Shown here piece by piece: positions 13,201-26,810 of a DNA stretch of 64,000 nucleotides (within the stretch, counting starts at the first letter, position 1; every line of letters starts with the position of its first letter). A model generated the notes under the pieces. The model saw nothing but the letters and a program-made list of their open reading frames with translations, did not search any database and was not told where the DNA came from. The DNA is from Eledone cirrhosa. Lineage: Eukaryota. Both the position numbers and the translations under genes were made by a program. Where the stretch lies: the NCBI GenBank assembly GCA_964016885.1, contig OZ024743.1, positions 58,652,001-58,716,000 of the forward strand, read 5' to 3'.

Positions 13201-14818
13201 GTTCATTTCATCTACCACTAAGTTTAGGATATCAACCAAATCTTGTACTAGCCCGTCAGCATTCATTTCCTCAATGGCCACACCTTTGTTCCAGATGTTA
13301 TTTATGTCAGCATTCAGATCATTGTCTGCTTCGGATGCTTCCTCCGGTCTCTCAACATCTCCACCTTCATTTCCCACTGTCTCGTTTGCCTGGCATACTC
13401 CACTCTCCATTTCGAACCTAATCTCTCTGCTTAGTTCCTCCAGTTCCAACTCGCTTATCCATCCATCAGATTGTATTACCCGGTCCTGCCCGGCCAATTT
13501 TTGTTCATCTAATTTAAATAGACCAATATCGTTCCAGATGTTATGCCTCCGTTTCCTATAGCCTTTTTCCTTGGGGTTACTTTTCAGGTAACATTGCATA
13601 ACAGTTCTATTCAATTCTTTCGTCCAGATGGTTCTGGCCCCTTTCCTTCTTCTTCTTCCTCCAACATTAGCAGTATTTGGTTGACAGTCAGGTTCCTGCT
13701 GCTGAGCCAGGGGGCACCTGTTGGGTGAGAGTCTGTCACATGACGTTCTATTCTCCATTTCACCGTTATTCGAACTGTTTATGTTCGATATTTAAACACT
13801 CTTATCGAGGATTGGCGAATGTATGGTTACATAGCCATCTGTGGATTCGCCGTTCCACTTGGCCCTTGTGTGGCATTATCACCACGCTGTATACGAACAC
13901 ACATAAACAAACAAACACACAGGCAGAAAGGGCCCCAAAAATGAATAAGCATAAGTTTCATTGTAATGTAGTCTTCGAATGTCTGACTTAGTTTTTGTTT
14001 TTTTAGTTTTAGTTTTTCCCCCCTCTTCTCTGTCCGTCCGCCTGCTTCTCTCTTCATTCTTATTTTCTTTACGTTTTTTTTTTTTTTTTTGTTTTTGTTT
14101 TTCTCTGTTTTTCTCGTTTTTTGCTTTTGTTGCTGTGCTGCTTTGGTTTTGTTGTTTGTTTTTTCTTTTTTCTTTTGAGTCTATCTATATATTTTGATGC
14201 CTTCCTCTTTTTTAGTAGTAGGAATTCTATAGTGTGGTGGCAGCAGCCAGCTGGGCGAAGTGGGCGACTGGCGGCGGTAGCGATACTGAGACAGTGGTGG
14301 TGGTGATGTCGATACCGAGGCAGTGGTGGTGGTGATGTGGTCGTATTACCGTAGTGATGGTGTTGTAGCGGTGGTAGCAGTGAAGGAGTGAAGGAGTAGT
14401 GGCGGCGTTGATGGGATAGTGGTGGTAATGATGGCAGTAGTGAGCGGTGGTGGTGAAATTGCCGTTGTGTTTAGTGTACACAGGTGATGAGGTGGGTGGT
14501 GTATCTAGTTTCTGGGGTTGGTGAGTTTGGCTGTTCTATATAGTGTAGACAGAGGAGAGGAGGGGGGGGGGATTCTTCTTCCATTTATAGCCATTTTCTT
14601 TTTTGGATATACAGTGTACAATACAAAGTTGAATATTTGAATATTTGAGCCTTATAACAATATATTCTGGGTCCGAATTTTTTGGGGCTCAAGCCGGGTG
14701 CTTTACGTAGCATTTGTACTAAGAGTTGTTATTTCACAAATGATTTAAATATGTTAAAAATTGAAAACCTACGGGAGCGATTTCATGACCTCCGCCACCT
14801 CGTGCGTCTTCTTCCCTG
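10283..14818 (-). mobile_element. R4/Dong-clade retrotransposon copy 4 (full length, closest to intact consensus)
   Basis: ORFs 12466-13758, 10673-12388 and 10357-10662. Retains QGDS, FMDD and CRIC. Disrupted by a stop at 12466, a frameshift near 12356 and a poly-T insertion near 10690. TTA-flanked. Confidence 0.92.
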
Positions 14819-14830
14819 CTTTAACAGTTA

Positions 14831-14907
<77 letters not shown>

Positions 14908-14919
14908 GTTATTGTTATT

Positions 14920-15256
14920 CCTTGAATCTCAGTCATTGATGTTGGTTAACTGGAAAGTCCGTTGGATTGAATATCAAGCCAATACCTGCAGCCTCAGATA
15001 TTCAGGACGTATCGGAGGGTTCTTGCCGTTCCAAGCAAGCATGCCTTTTGAAGCGTTCCAAAAAGCGTGAAGGGGCCGATTTTCTTTAACCATCCCTGGA
15101 AACCTTTGGAGATAGTCCCCAGTGCGCCTATGACAATCGGGATCACTTTGACTTCATGGCAGTTCCAAATCCTTTTCACCTCCCACTTTAGGTCCTGGTA
15201 TCGGTTAATTTTCTCCCTCTCCTTCTCTTGCACTCTCGTGTCGAACGGGCAGGCCA

Positions 15257-15258
<2 letters not shown>
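14920..15258 (-). mobile_element. R4/Dong-clade copy 5 (339-bp 3' fragment)
   Basis: RLE C-terminus (ACPFD..EKINRY..) plus 3' UTR, with (TTA)n on both sides. Confidence 0.9.
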
Positions 15259-15344
<86 letters not shown>

Positions 15345-18300
15345 GGCGACCTACGTAGTAAATCGTATCATCGTGAGCTCCGCAAAGGATTGTTATTTTC
15401 AGTCGTTTAAAATTGCCATTTATGGAAACATTTTATTGTTTACTGTATATAAGTGCAAATACATTGATTTCTGAAAAGCACACTCAAAAATATTGGGGCC
15501 TTGAGCCCAAAATTTAAACTTTTTATAATTATCAAATAAAAAAAAATTTCTTTGAAAAATCATGGCCAACTCACAGTCACACCTTCATCATAAACTAACA
15601 CCACACATCGACACCACCATTGTAAATATTACTACGTTTGCCAACACTAAAAATATAAGCAGTAGCAATATTTTAAATTTGTCTCAGGCAGACATTCATT
15701 TCCCGCCATTACCAATGACTGCAGGTGTTAAAGCCGCCACCCCAAACACCACCACCACAGCGACAACAGAAACAAAAGAAAAAAAAATTAACTCGTGATA
15801 TCGAAATGAATTCAACCAAAATGAACTCTTCCACACCGAACACCACTGACGCCACCACCACCACAACTGAAACTAAAATTAACAATAACAAAAATAACGA
15901 TAACAACAACAGAAACAATGAAATTAAGAAAACCACCCTGAGTTTTGCCAGAGTAGCAAAACAGTGCAAAGCATTCCAGGTAACTCAGGAGGAATTAGAA
16001 GAAGCCAAAAGAATGGTAAAGAAAGATGGGTTCAGGGTCAGCCCCCCCCACCTAATAAAATGGACCATCGGCGCCTATGCACCGTGTCTTATCGGACGAT
16101 AAACATAAAATCACGTCGAGTGGAACGGGCATCCGAGTCCCAAATCCAAAAAGCTTTGGGACATGTGTGGGCAAAAAAAACCCACATCAGACGTGGGCAG
16201 AAATATGGAACCGTGGACGTGTTCTTTGAAACACCACAGGAGGCCAGAGAACACTCCATGGCCCAATTAAGAAGTGTCGACTTCACACTCGTCCCAAGCT
16301 ATTGTGGCCAGAGACTGGTGAAGATCAGAGTGACCAACGTTCCACCGGCCATCGAAATTACCTGGTTAATAGCGGTCGTCCTCGCCGGCATCGAAGCCAA
16401 CACCAAGATAATCGAAATAGCGAAAGAAAAGCAGGAGAACTGGTCCGGATCTGGGATAGAGCTTTGAGGAGATCCCAGAGGTAATAGACCTCACTGACGG
16501 CAGCCACCTCACCGTAATCGTCGAGGGCAGAAGGCCTTGGTATGTCGTTTGTGGTGAAGGAATCCAACTAAGGGCTTTCTGCCCTCAGGCTAAAAGGTTG
16601 AGGCCACCTCTCTTACCCACCCCAGTGACTCAACCATCAACACCACCAGCAGCAGAGATGGCAGCAACAACAGAAGCAACTGTAACAGCAACAAACCCAG
16701 CAACAGTAGCAAAACCAACACCACCACCACACAGCGCGCCAGAACTAGCACCAGCGCCTACACCATCCACCACGCCACAACCAAAACCAACGGCTGTGGA
16801 GGATTTTCCACTCCCCGGCCTATCACAACTGGAGACAGATTGTGACGAGGAGGAGTGGGAAACGGTATCAGGAAAACAGGAAAAAAGAAACTAAAAAAGA
16901 AAAAATTCTCTTCCCTCCTCCTCCAAAAACAAAATACAGAGGGAAACAAATAAACTATCAAACAAAAAGTTAGGACAGATATGCCACCATCCACACCAGC
17001 ATCACGAACCCCATCACCACAAACACCAACACCATCACCATCATTAACCCCAACACCACCATCACCAACACCACAAAAGTCAGCAAAAAGCGAAACAGAA
17101 ACAAACCCACAACAAACGCAAACAAAACAAAACAACCAAAACGATACACACTACACAGCATTAAATTGGAACAACAACCAATTATTACACTACATCCAAC
17201 ACAACAACAGCATCACAGAAAAAGACTACACAACAACCCAAAAGTTCACACTACCTCCACACATACAAATCACACGCATCACACAGAAAACGTACACGGC
17301 ACTAAAACAAAAATTCCCCAAAGACATCGGAGACTTCCGACAAGCACTCTCCAGGAGGATTTATAAGGGCATCCTTCCGGAGGAGGCCACAAGCAGTGAA
17401 CAGGATGGAGAAACCATCCTTCCTCTAGGAGAAGTAAGGCAAGTGGTCTTTCCCATCTTTTTCACTCCATTTAAACATGGCCTCACTCAGAATAGGCAGC
17501 ATAAATGGGATCGGGGGGAGGTATTGCTGTGCTTTTTCGGAGAGGTTTGGATCTCGCCATACGGGCCATCTTCCTGGACCCAGAAGGTAAGTTGTTGGTG
17601 CTGGACGTGAGCAGCGGAGACGGGCAAGCTTTCAGGGTAGTGGCCATCTATGCCCCGACAGGAGCAGGGCGGCCTGATTTCTTCCGGCGTCTGGAGACCT
17701 TTCTTGGAACGTCCCGCTCTTTAGTGGGAGATTGGAGGGGATCTTAGATGCACGCTGGGACTGTGTGGGATTAGCGGATAGGGGAGGATGGTACAAGAGC
17801 CTCACCAACCTGCTCAGGCGTTTTGCACTCTCTCACAGGTACCGATTGGATTTCCCGAATGTGCCAATGTGGACTGTGACAAACCGCATAGGTTCATCCA
17901 GATCATATCTAGATAGAGTATTTTGTAGAGAAATAGATAGGTCTAGAGTAGGCTGTCCACAATTTAAGATAGTCAGCTACACGGACCATACATTCGTGAT
18001 CTGTGTGCTTGACTTAGATAGGCTTCATAGACGAGGACCCGGCTACTGGAAGCTAAACGCGTCCTTACCAGCGCGCAAGGCCTACAGAGACTGGATTAGC
18101 GTACTAGTTAAGCGGGCGTTGATGGGGGCCATCGTCAACAACAAGTGGGGGTTTGCTCTGAAAAGAGCGATTAGAATAGAGTCCATTAGATTTAGTAAGG
18201 CTTTAGCAATAGAGAAAATAGAGCAGAGGGAGAACTAGTTAGAAAATTAGACGAGGCTCTTAGCAAAGGCATCGCGACCGACGTACTTGCGGCGAAATTG

Positions 18301-20953
18301 GCCCTCGATCAATTCTTCAATGCAAAGCACAAAGGTTGCGTTGTCAGAGCTAGGGTGCGTGCTCTCAGACACGAGGGGACGAAAGCCGTTCAATGGGCCT
18401 GAGTGGCGGAGGCGCGTCGTTGCAACAAAGCCACGATCCGGTCTTTGGTGGACCACGACGGGCGCATGCTACTCGATCCCGGGCAAATGTGTGACGCTTT
18501 CCAGCGACATTTGCCCAGCTGTTCGGGGGCAGCGGCGAGCCGAATCGAGGGATGGACTTTAGTGTCTAACTCGACGGACTGCCGCGGCTCTCGGCAACTG
18601 AGGCGGAGTGTTGCGAAAAGCCGATAACAGCCGCTGAAGTACGGGAGGAAATGACTGGCTGCACAAGGGGTAAATCGCCTGGTTTGGATGGTCTGCGCTC
18701 TGAACTTTACGTACAGATGCCAGACATGTTCGGAGGCCTCTTGGCGGACGTCTACTGCAACTGGCAACAGAATAGGAGAATTCTCAGCTCTGTGAGCCGA
18801 GGAGAGGTGGCGCTGCTGAGAAAGAACCCGAACAAGGGGGATAACATAGATAATTTCAGGCCCATAACTCTGTTAAACACAGAGTTCAAGATTTTAGCCA
18901 AGGTGCTAGCAAAGAGGTTGGCGCTTGTCGTTGGTGGTCTGGTGGGAGAGGCGCAGACATGCGCCATTCCCGACAGATCCATCCACGACAACCTCCACCT
19001 CGTGCGATACATCGTAGAGAGGATAGCTAGGGAACCTGGCACTGGTGGGTCCTTGATCAATTTAGATCAGTCGAAAGCTTTCGATAGGGTCGACCATCGT
19101 TACCTACCGGCAGTCCTGCGGGCGGCTGGCTTTGGGCCCGTCTTCAGAGGCTGGTTCGCTGCCATGCACAGCGACATCTGCTTTGTGGTGAGAGTGAACG
19201 GTCACCTTTCGGAACCGTTCAACATCATTCGCACGGTCCGCCAAGGATGTTCCCTCTCGTCCCTCTTGTACGTATTGACTCTCGAGCCATTTCTGCACAA
19301 ACTGGAGACGTTGAGGCGGTTTCCGCGCGAACTTGGATGCGGAAGATCCGTGTCAGCATATGCGGACGATGTCACCGTAGTGGTGTCGAACGCCAAACAC
19401 ATCGAGGCGATCGGCACTACACTAAGAGAATACGAAGCGGTGACAGGAAAGTCAGTGGGCTTGCAGCTCGGCACCTGGAGAGGCAGGTTCATGCCGTCCA
19501 ACAGCGTCGTCGGGTGCTAGACGGTCGGACCGGTTAAATTGCTAGGGGTCTGGTTCGGTCCGGACCTCCAGACGGACAAAAACTGGGCCGAGGTGACGAG
19601 CAGGGTGGCTTCTCTCACCCAGAAATGGGCGGAGAGGAAGCTATCCCTGAAAGGTCGAGCGGAGGTGGCTAACGCATACATCGCATCCGTCATCTACTAT
19701 CGCCTGACCGTCGTACCTTGTCCTAAGCCCCGCCTGACTGCGCTGTAGCGTTTGCTCTTTCGCTTTTTGTCGAAGGGACGCGCGCCGATGGTCAGGCGCT
19801 TCATCTGCTGTCAACACCCGCTACGTGGAGGGCTGGGCATGCCGTGGCTGATGATGCGCAGACACGGGCTCTGGCTACGACATCTCCACCTCTTCCTCGA
19901 CGGTGATCAGGTGTGGTCGCCGTTTGCTAGACACGTCTTTCCCCAGCTCGTCTCCTTGACGGAGCTGCAGTCCTGGCTCAAGCGAAGACATAGAGGGAGC
20001 GCTTGGAGACTGGAATGTCTTCAGGCGGTCACAGCCCTCGACCAATCGGGCAATGTGATCGGTGGAAACTCCACCTTGGCGTTCTATAGAGGATTAGTTG
20101 AGGGCAAGAGGACGACGTACTTGGAGAAATTTTAGGCGTCGACGAAAATCAACTAGCCAATCTCTTCGGAAGGACTTTCGGGCCGGGGCCTATGGACAAC
20201 TTCCAGAAATCCATGGCCTGGCAGTGCTACCGAGGAGCTTTGCCAGTTCGGGATAGACTCTACAGGCATGGAGGTGCCGTCAGCCGGGCATGTCGGAGAT
20301 GCGCGCAGGGCGACGAAACCGTCCTGCACGCACTCGTCCAGTGTCCGAGCATTGCTGACTTGTGCGTTTATGTCGAACACCTGCTGTCACGTGTTGGACG
20401 GATCTGGTTATCAGCTGAGTCCATCGTGAGGATTGCCACCCCCCTCTTCCCTTTAGCCGGGAAGGGCAGGTAATTTTTATCTGTCTGGTGGCCATGGCGA
20501 AAGAGATAATATGGTGGACACGTTTGAAAGGGCTGAAGAGGAGCAATTACCTCTTCGGTGATGACCTGATTAAGTTTTTCAAATTTCATTTGAAAAGTAA
20601 AATCAGGGTAGAGAGGGAAGTGCTCTCTTCCCAGCATTTTGTTGAAAGGTGGGTGAAAGAAGCATGTATGGCCCAGTGAATGGGCCTACTCTGAGTATGT
20701 GTCTGTAAATTAAAGGTGGAAAACTGGGAGAGGGCACTTGCCCTGGTGGTCAGGGTTACTGTGGCCTTTTAATGGGCTTCCTCCAGAAATGTCCCTCGGA
20801 AGTCTCCCCCCTATTGGGGAATTTTTCATTGTTATTTTTATTACATCCTCTGTTTTCTTTTACACGCAGAAATGCCCATTTGTACCATCCTGTATTGTCC
20901 TGTACTGTCCTTAATGTATACTTTATGTAAACCCTTGTGGTTAATAAAGAAAG
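15345..20953 (+). mobile_element. Tx1/L1-clade non-LTR retrotransposon, near full length, degenerate
   Basis: T/P/N-rich ORF1 from ATG 15562 with a central globular part (15964-16590). ORF2 starts MASLRIGSING at 17477, followed by APE motifs (GGIAVLF, VAIYAP, SYLDRVF, YTDH), RT (NFRPITLLN, LDQSKAFD, QGCSLS, AYADD) and CRRC..ETVLHALVQC. Ends in AATAAA then (TTA)n. Confidence 0.9.
17477..20679 (+). pseudogene. Tx1-type ORF2 (APE endonuclease-RT-zinc knuckle), multiple stops/frameshifts and an internal APE deletion
   Basis: Fragments 17505-17747, 17732-18238, 18651-19520, 19539-20135 and 20192-20679. The N-terminal SING is joined directly to GGGIAVL, so the QET region is missing. Confidence 0.85.
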
Positions 20954-20963
20954 CATTATTATA

Positions 20964-21002
<39 letters not shown>

Positions 21003-21003
<1 letters not shown>

Positions 21004-21870
21004 TGAATCTCAGTCATCGATGTTATTTAACTGGATATTTTTTTTCAAATGAACATCAAGCCGCTACCCGGAGCATCAGATGTTTTGGAAGTATCGGAGG
21101 GTTCTTGCTGTTCCCAGCAAGCCTGTCGTTTGAAGTGTTCCAAAATAGCGACTAATGTTCTTTAACCATCCTTGAAAACTCTTTGAGATAGAACCTAGTG
21201 CCCATATGACAATCAGGACGACCTTGATCTCATGACAGTCCCAAATCCTTTTTAATTCCCACTTTAAATCCTGGTATAGGTTAATTCTTTTCTCCTTTTC
21301 TTACACTCTTGTGTCGCAGGGGCAGGCTACATCTATAATCAGGCACGATCTATTTTTCTTGTCAAAATCTACTAGGTCAGGCCTATTGTGTTCTAATTTC
21401 TTGCCTGTCTGTATCCTGAAATCCAACAGCATCTTCACTCAATCACCGACACTGGCATATGCTCATACCACTTCTCAGAGTGTGGTAAAGTATTTAGTTT
21501 GCATGAATGCCAGTAAATGCTCTTTCCTATTATATCATGCCTCCAGCCTTTATAGTTAGTATGGGCTAAGTGTTTACACTCGGATACAATGTGAGCCACA
21601 GTCTCCTCTCTCTCACTCATTATGCTGTTTCACCAACTTCGTTCTGAGGGCTTGTTCTTGTGCATCCATTAGCATTCCTTCTGTAGCTTTCTTAAAGTCT
21701 CCCCTTTTTAACCAGCTCCATGTGTGTGGATCACTGAATTCCGTTTTCTTATAAAAGGTACTCAGAAGGGATTTTTCATGAAGGTTGCTCTTCCTCTTTG
21801 TTGTTATTTCCTCCTTGGACATCACCTGCTCTATTGGCTTCCCCTTCAGTACGACTTTGAGCATTGGCTC
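21003..21870 (-). mobile_element. Older, diverged R4/Dong subfamily 3' fragment (copy 6)
   Basis: ORFs 21613-21864 and 21435-21620 ([22 protein letters not shown]). The 3' UTR is homologous to copies 1-5 and abuts (TTA)n. Confidence 0.85.
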
Positions 21871-21885
21871 TCTATCTCAGAGACA

Positions 21886-21923
21886 TTACTACAACAAGAA
21901 CAAGAACAACAACAACAACAACA

Positions 21924-21978
<55 letters not shown>

Positions 21979-21988
21979 TATTATTATC
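21886..21988. repeat. (CAA)n/(CTA)n compound microsatellite
   Basis: Read directly from the sequence. Confidence 0.9.
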
Positions 21989-22049
21989 ACGACAGTACGC
22001 ACCCTAGGTGGAGTCCATCTACCACTTTGAGTGCTATCGATTTAGCCTC

Positions 22050-22790
22050 ATTTATCCGAAATCAAATACTCGAGTCATCATGTTAACATGAAGCTGACCA
22101 TCGATCTCATACTCCTGCAGAATCTTCCACAGCAGCTCCTGAGCAACGCGGTCATATGCCTTTCGAGGTCTACAAAACAAGAATATACCTCGTGGTAATA
22201 CCCTCACGATTTCTTGAAGATCTGCTGCAATGTGAATACATGGTCGACTATGCTGCGCCCGCGGCGAAACCCACACGGTTCATCAACTTGATTGGACAGG
22301 ACAATCCTTATGCATCTCTTTACCGGGAAGGCTTAGCAAAGACATCCCTCTGTAACTGGAATAATCTCTCTCTTGACTTACTTTTTGAAAATTGTGATTA
22401 TCACTCCCGATTAGCTGCCTTTCCAGAGATCCAGGCCACCTGGCACACATGGATCAGCCGGAAAATACCTTCTCTATCTAAGGATTTTAATATCTCACTG
22501 TTTGGCGCATAAACTTGCACCACCCATAGAGACATTTCTCTCAGCTTATGCTTGAAAAAGCAAATCCTCCGTCCCAATGGGACCCTGTTTCTAACACACT
22601 GTGACAGTTGTGGGCTTGAAAGTATCCCCACTCCCAACAGTGCTGCCATTTCTGACGCAACACCTGAATGGTGGAATGTCCATCCTTCATTCAACTTTAC
22701 AGTACCGTAGCCACGGAACCTTGTTGAACAAACCCGAATTATTTCCAGTAGGTAGAATTTGGCCTCCTCCACTAGATCCTTCTCCCGACC
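22050..22790 (-). mobile_element. RTE-clade LINE relic (APE and RT fragments)
   Basis: GWTFHHSG..GVGIL..VVQVYAPNS (APE) and KAYDRVAQELLWKILQEYEIDGQL (RT). Confidence 0.7.
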
Positions 22791-23234
22791 TGTTCTAAGC
22801 AGTGCTGTTTTCTACCCTTTCTCCACGCGCATAGCAACACCTATTTGTCTAATACAGTTCTCAAGATCTTTATTTACTGTTTCTGAGGCTCCAACTACTT
22901 TTCAGTGGCTTCACCTGCTTAAGTTCCCAAGCTAAACTGTCGTACCTATCGACCTTTTCCCTTTTGTATTGCATACCTGCAGCTGGACATGCTATACCAA
23001 CGATCCTACACATTTTGCTTTCTTTCTAAATTATCACCCATTGGGGCGTTAGGCACGATCTCTAAACGCCTTGCATCAAAGCGTTGTGATCCTCGACTTC
23101 ATAGGCCGTGCCCAAATTTCTACCATCATTAGCACTACCAGAAATTATAATTAGAGAAAATATAATTAGAGTTGACTCTTCCTTTACATATTGCTGACCT
23201 TGTGCTAAATTTGTTGTCGATTTTATCATAGTTG

Positions 23235-23560
23235 TTATTAGCAGTGTATTGGCACAATCATTAGATCGTAGGATAAACAGCTTTACGGTATTTAGTTAGG
23301 GATATTACGTACAGAATTCAAATCAAAACGTGGCCAACCCTAACTTTATCTTTCCGGATCCCAAAATTAAATTACCAGTCAAGTATTGGGGTCGAATTAA
23401 ACAATATTCTTGTCTCCCCAGCTTCAAAAGCTTCACGGTATTTAGTTACGGTCTTTTAAGTCCTGAGTACAAATACTTCGTCAAAGATACCTTTATCATA
23501 TATAATATGGAGCTTAATTAATGTACTGGTGTCAATTTAATCGGCTAGCCACTCCACCCC
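23235..23560 (+). mobile_element. Degenerate tRNA-derived SINE
   Basis: A-box-like TGGCACAATC, B-box-like AATTCAAATC, and body 'ccagtcaagtattggggtcga' shared with the copies at 29.2, 55.3 and 56.0 kb. Confidence 0.55.
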
Positions 23561-26441
23561 TGACAAATCTTTGGCCATGCATCGCCTATATTAGAAATAA
23601 TTATATTTGTATGTATCATTCTCACTCATTCTTTCCCATTTCTCCCCGGTCCTCCCACTCGTCATTCACCTCCTATACCTTCACATCATCATCCAAAGAC
23701 TATGACGGCCACATGGCGGTTGCTGCCGCAAATTTGAAGCTATAGCGTTTGTTTCTGTCATATTTCAGACATAAACCTCTTTAATAGTTATTTTCAATCT
23801 CATCCCAAAGAACACTGCCTATGCTATTGACTATTATTCTAAACCTAAGATAGCATTTGCCCTGAGAATTATTAAATTTATTGGTAATTTCCGTTTAGTA
23901 GGATTTTCCAATATCGAGATGGCCTATTTCCTTTTTATCTGCTCCGCTGACTGTTAAACGTGTATAAATCTCGTTTTCTTTGAATGTCCGATACCATATT
24001 CGATCAGCCATTTTAACAACTTATACCATTTAATTTAATGTTTTGTTGTTCCTGGAGGAAAAATAGCAAGGACTGCATGATTTTTGTTTGAGCAATGACA
24101 TATGTTTATATGATACACAAGGAGAGAAAAATATGAAAAACATATCATATAACACAGAAATTAAATCTTTAAATGATAAAATAAAATAGTTTGTCAAGGA
24201 ACGTAAAATTTATTGAGTTTAAAATCAACCATCTTCCATAATTATTCGTGGCTTAACAATGTAGTGGTTTTGAATGATACATAATTGTTTAGAAGTTCGG
24301 AGTTTATAGTGAGTTAGTGCGTTGATTTATCATTGTCTTTCTAGCATGTATTGTTGCCGCTGTTGATAATAAAGATTAGAATGTTGTTGCCGCTGTTAGT
24401 TTCTTTCGATAAAAGATTTGGTTTTTATCGTTGATCTTGTTATTGTATCAGTTGTGATTTCGATTCACAGCAACGATACACAGATACGAACCATTGGTCC
24501 CTTTGTTTGATTATCTGAAACATCACCATTACAGTTTTGTGTAATAGTTTACTATCGTACTAAACTTCTAATGTGTTGAAATAATTCCTTCTTGTATATT
24601 TTTCAATATTTTAGTAAAGTAATATTTGAGATCATGTGTACTTAGGATTTGTTCTTTTAATAATATTTTTTCATAAGAATAACACACCCCGTCTCATTCC
24701 ATGAACCACAAGACAACTTTTAAAATTTGAATTCGGTGTCCCTCGAATCTCTCTGGCGAAAATGAACCAGGAAAATATATTAAAATATATTCTTCATAAG
24801 TTTAATAATGGGTATACAAAACAATTTCTGTGCAACACGCTTGTGAATATTTGTTCGTATACATTTTAACATCAATACTTGTAATTATCAATAATTGTTG
24901 ATATATATATATTATAAAATACATATTCCTTTGCTTTTTCAGTTTCAAAACATTTGACTATTACCAATTATCGACGCAGCAAAAGGACTGCTCCCTCCAT
25001 GTTTCTGGAAAGAGTAAAGACATATATATATAGGAATGGGTCATTGTTTGATTATAGGTAATTTTCATAACTAGTATGGAATTACTTTATGAAGTTAGTA
25101 GATAAAAACGCACTTCTACATGTCGACTATATCAAAATCAAAGAGCTCGTTTAGTTTTATTTCATGTTGCTGCCAGATTTGTTTTCAGCACTACATTATG
25201 CACAATACAAAGATGTTATTCCAAATTCTCATTGTTCATCGGTCATATCATCATGTTCATCCAACATCTAACCGCGAACGATTTTCGGTTTCTTTGAACC
25301 AACGAAAGCGACAAGCCTAGGGGAAGTTTTTTTTCCATTTACTAATATACCTCACTTCATCGATAGCAAATATACTTGTCAAACATTACAGCCCTTTCAC
25401 TATGTCGATATATCTATCTATCTATATGTCTATCTACATTTCCGTCACCACAGTAATTATCCAAATATCTGCAAACATACTCTGATGTTCAACCCCTGTC
25501 CCAACAACTACCTTACACTCGATTATTACTCTCAATTCCCAATGTTTTCAACGTCAATACTATGATTTGCTAAAATACCCTTAATAACCACCAGTGTACC
25601 TTCATCGTCCGTAACAACTATTATGATTTCCATAGAGCCAGATTCACCAGAGTCTTTTTCCCAAAACCTTGAATAAAGGATGAATTGTTCGCCATTTAGA
25701 GAATTATGCAACTGTTTCCGATAATAGAAACTCGTTACTAAGTTGTATGCCTGTGAAATTACTATGGTTTCTTACAGTAAATTAAATTATTTATCTAAGC
25801 ATTATGTATTGTCAGGAATATCACATACTGTTATGCCAACAAGTGTTGGTGTACACTATAACTATTTCTAATGTACATTAAGAAGTGACTTGTATCGGAT
25901 ATCTATTAAAGTTATCTTGAAAATATTCGCTAGTAGGACCATGACAATTTATTGGTATGAAAAATCAAGCTATATTCCCCGCCTTAATTATAGTCCCATA
26001 AGTCCATGAATAGAATAAACCATTACTTTCCGATGATTTAATACTTTAAATATTAGATTTGAATAGATTATGTCTTGATGAAATTAATACAGAGCAATTG
26101 GCTATTTTAAAAGATAGAATGGTGTGTAGTCACCTCTTAAAAATGATTTCTGATTGACGCATCTAGTCATCTAAACTGGAAGTCATTTAACGATTGATAT
26201 GTTACTTTATCGATCTCAGATTGATGAAAGACAAAGCTGTCATTGGTGGGATTCGGACGCATAACCTAACTGATGGAATTTCCCAATCTTGTAACACCGA
26301 TGGCAACGTGACTAAATCATATTTAAAAAATAAAAATAAAACATAAATTAAAGGGACTTAATATGGCTACGGAAGGGTGCCTTCCTTAGAAACATCGTAT
26401 CTTCAGTATTTTTAACACAAGACAGCCCATAACTCCTGAGG

Positions 26442-26504
<63 letters not shown>

Positions 26505-26712
26505 AAAAAGTAATTTCAGTACAGGGCTGCTCCTCTATTTATCAATCTTATAATAATGAATCGCAACGTTGACCCAAGCTGGATTTGAACTTAGAATACT
26601 TTGAGCCTGAACAAATAGCGAAGCATTTATATTCCGATGTTCTAACGATTCTACCAATTCACTAGCTTATTTTGAAAAAAAGTACTTACATGTAACCCCT
26701 TCGGCATTCGAA

Positions 26713-26810
26713 TTAACATAATCCGCAAGATTTTTTGCACATAATCCTATCATGCGGTAACAGACACCTTAGATAAGCACTCTTACAATTTGCGGATCTG
26801 TCAGAGCAAA
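26713..26810 (-). CDS. Astacin-ShK gene, last coding exon: complete ShK domain + stop
   Basis: ttctag acceptor, phase 1. CSDRSANCKSAYLRCLLPHDRIMCKKSCGLC* has the 6-Cys ShK spacing. A gtaagt donor follows at 26689, 23 nt after the stop. Confidence 0.85.

Noticed and set aside
165-13728. Numerous plus-strand ORFs over the R4/Dong copies
   Set aside because: Antisense shadows of the retrotransposon ORF with no recognisable motifs.
24190-24514. Candidate final 3' UTR exon of the astacin-ShK gene (tttcag acceptor, AATAAA ~24210)
   Set aside because: Plausible, but not distinguishable from other AG/AATAAA pairs in AT-rich DNA without transcripts.
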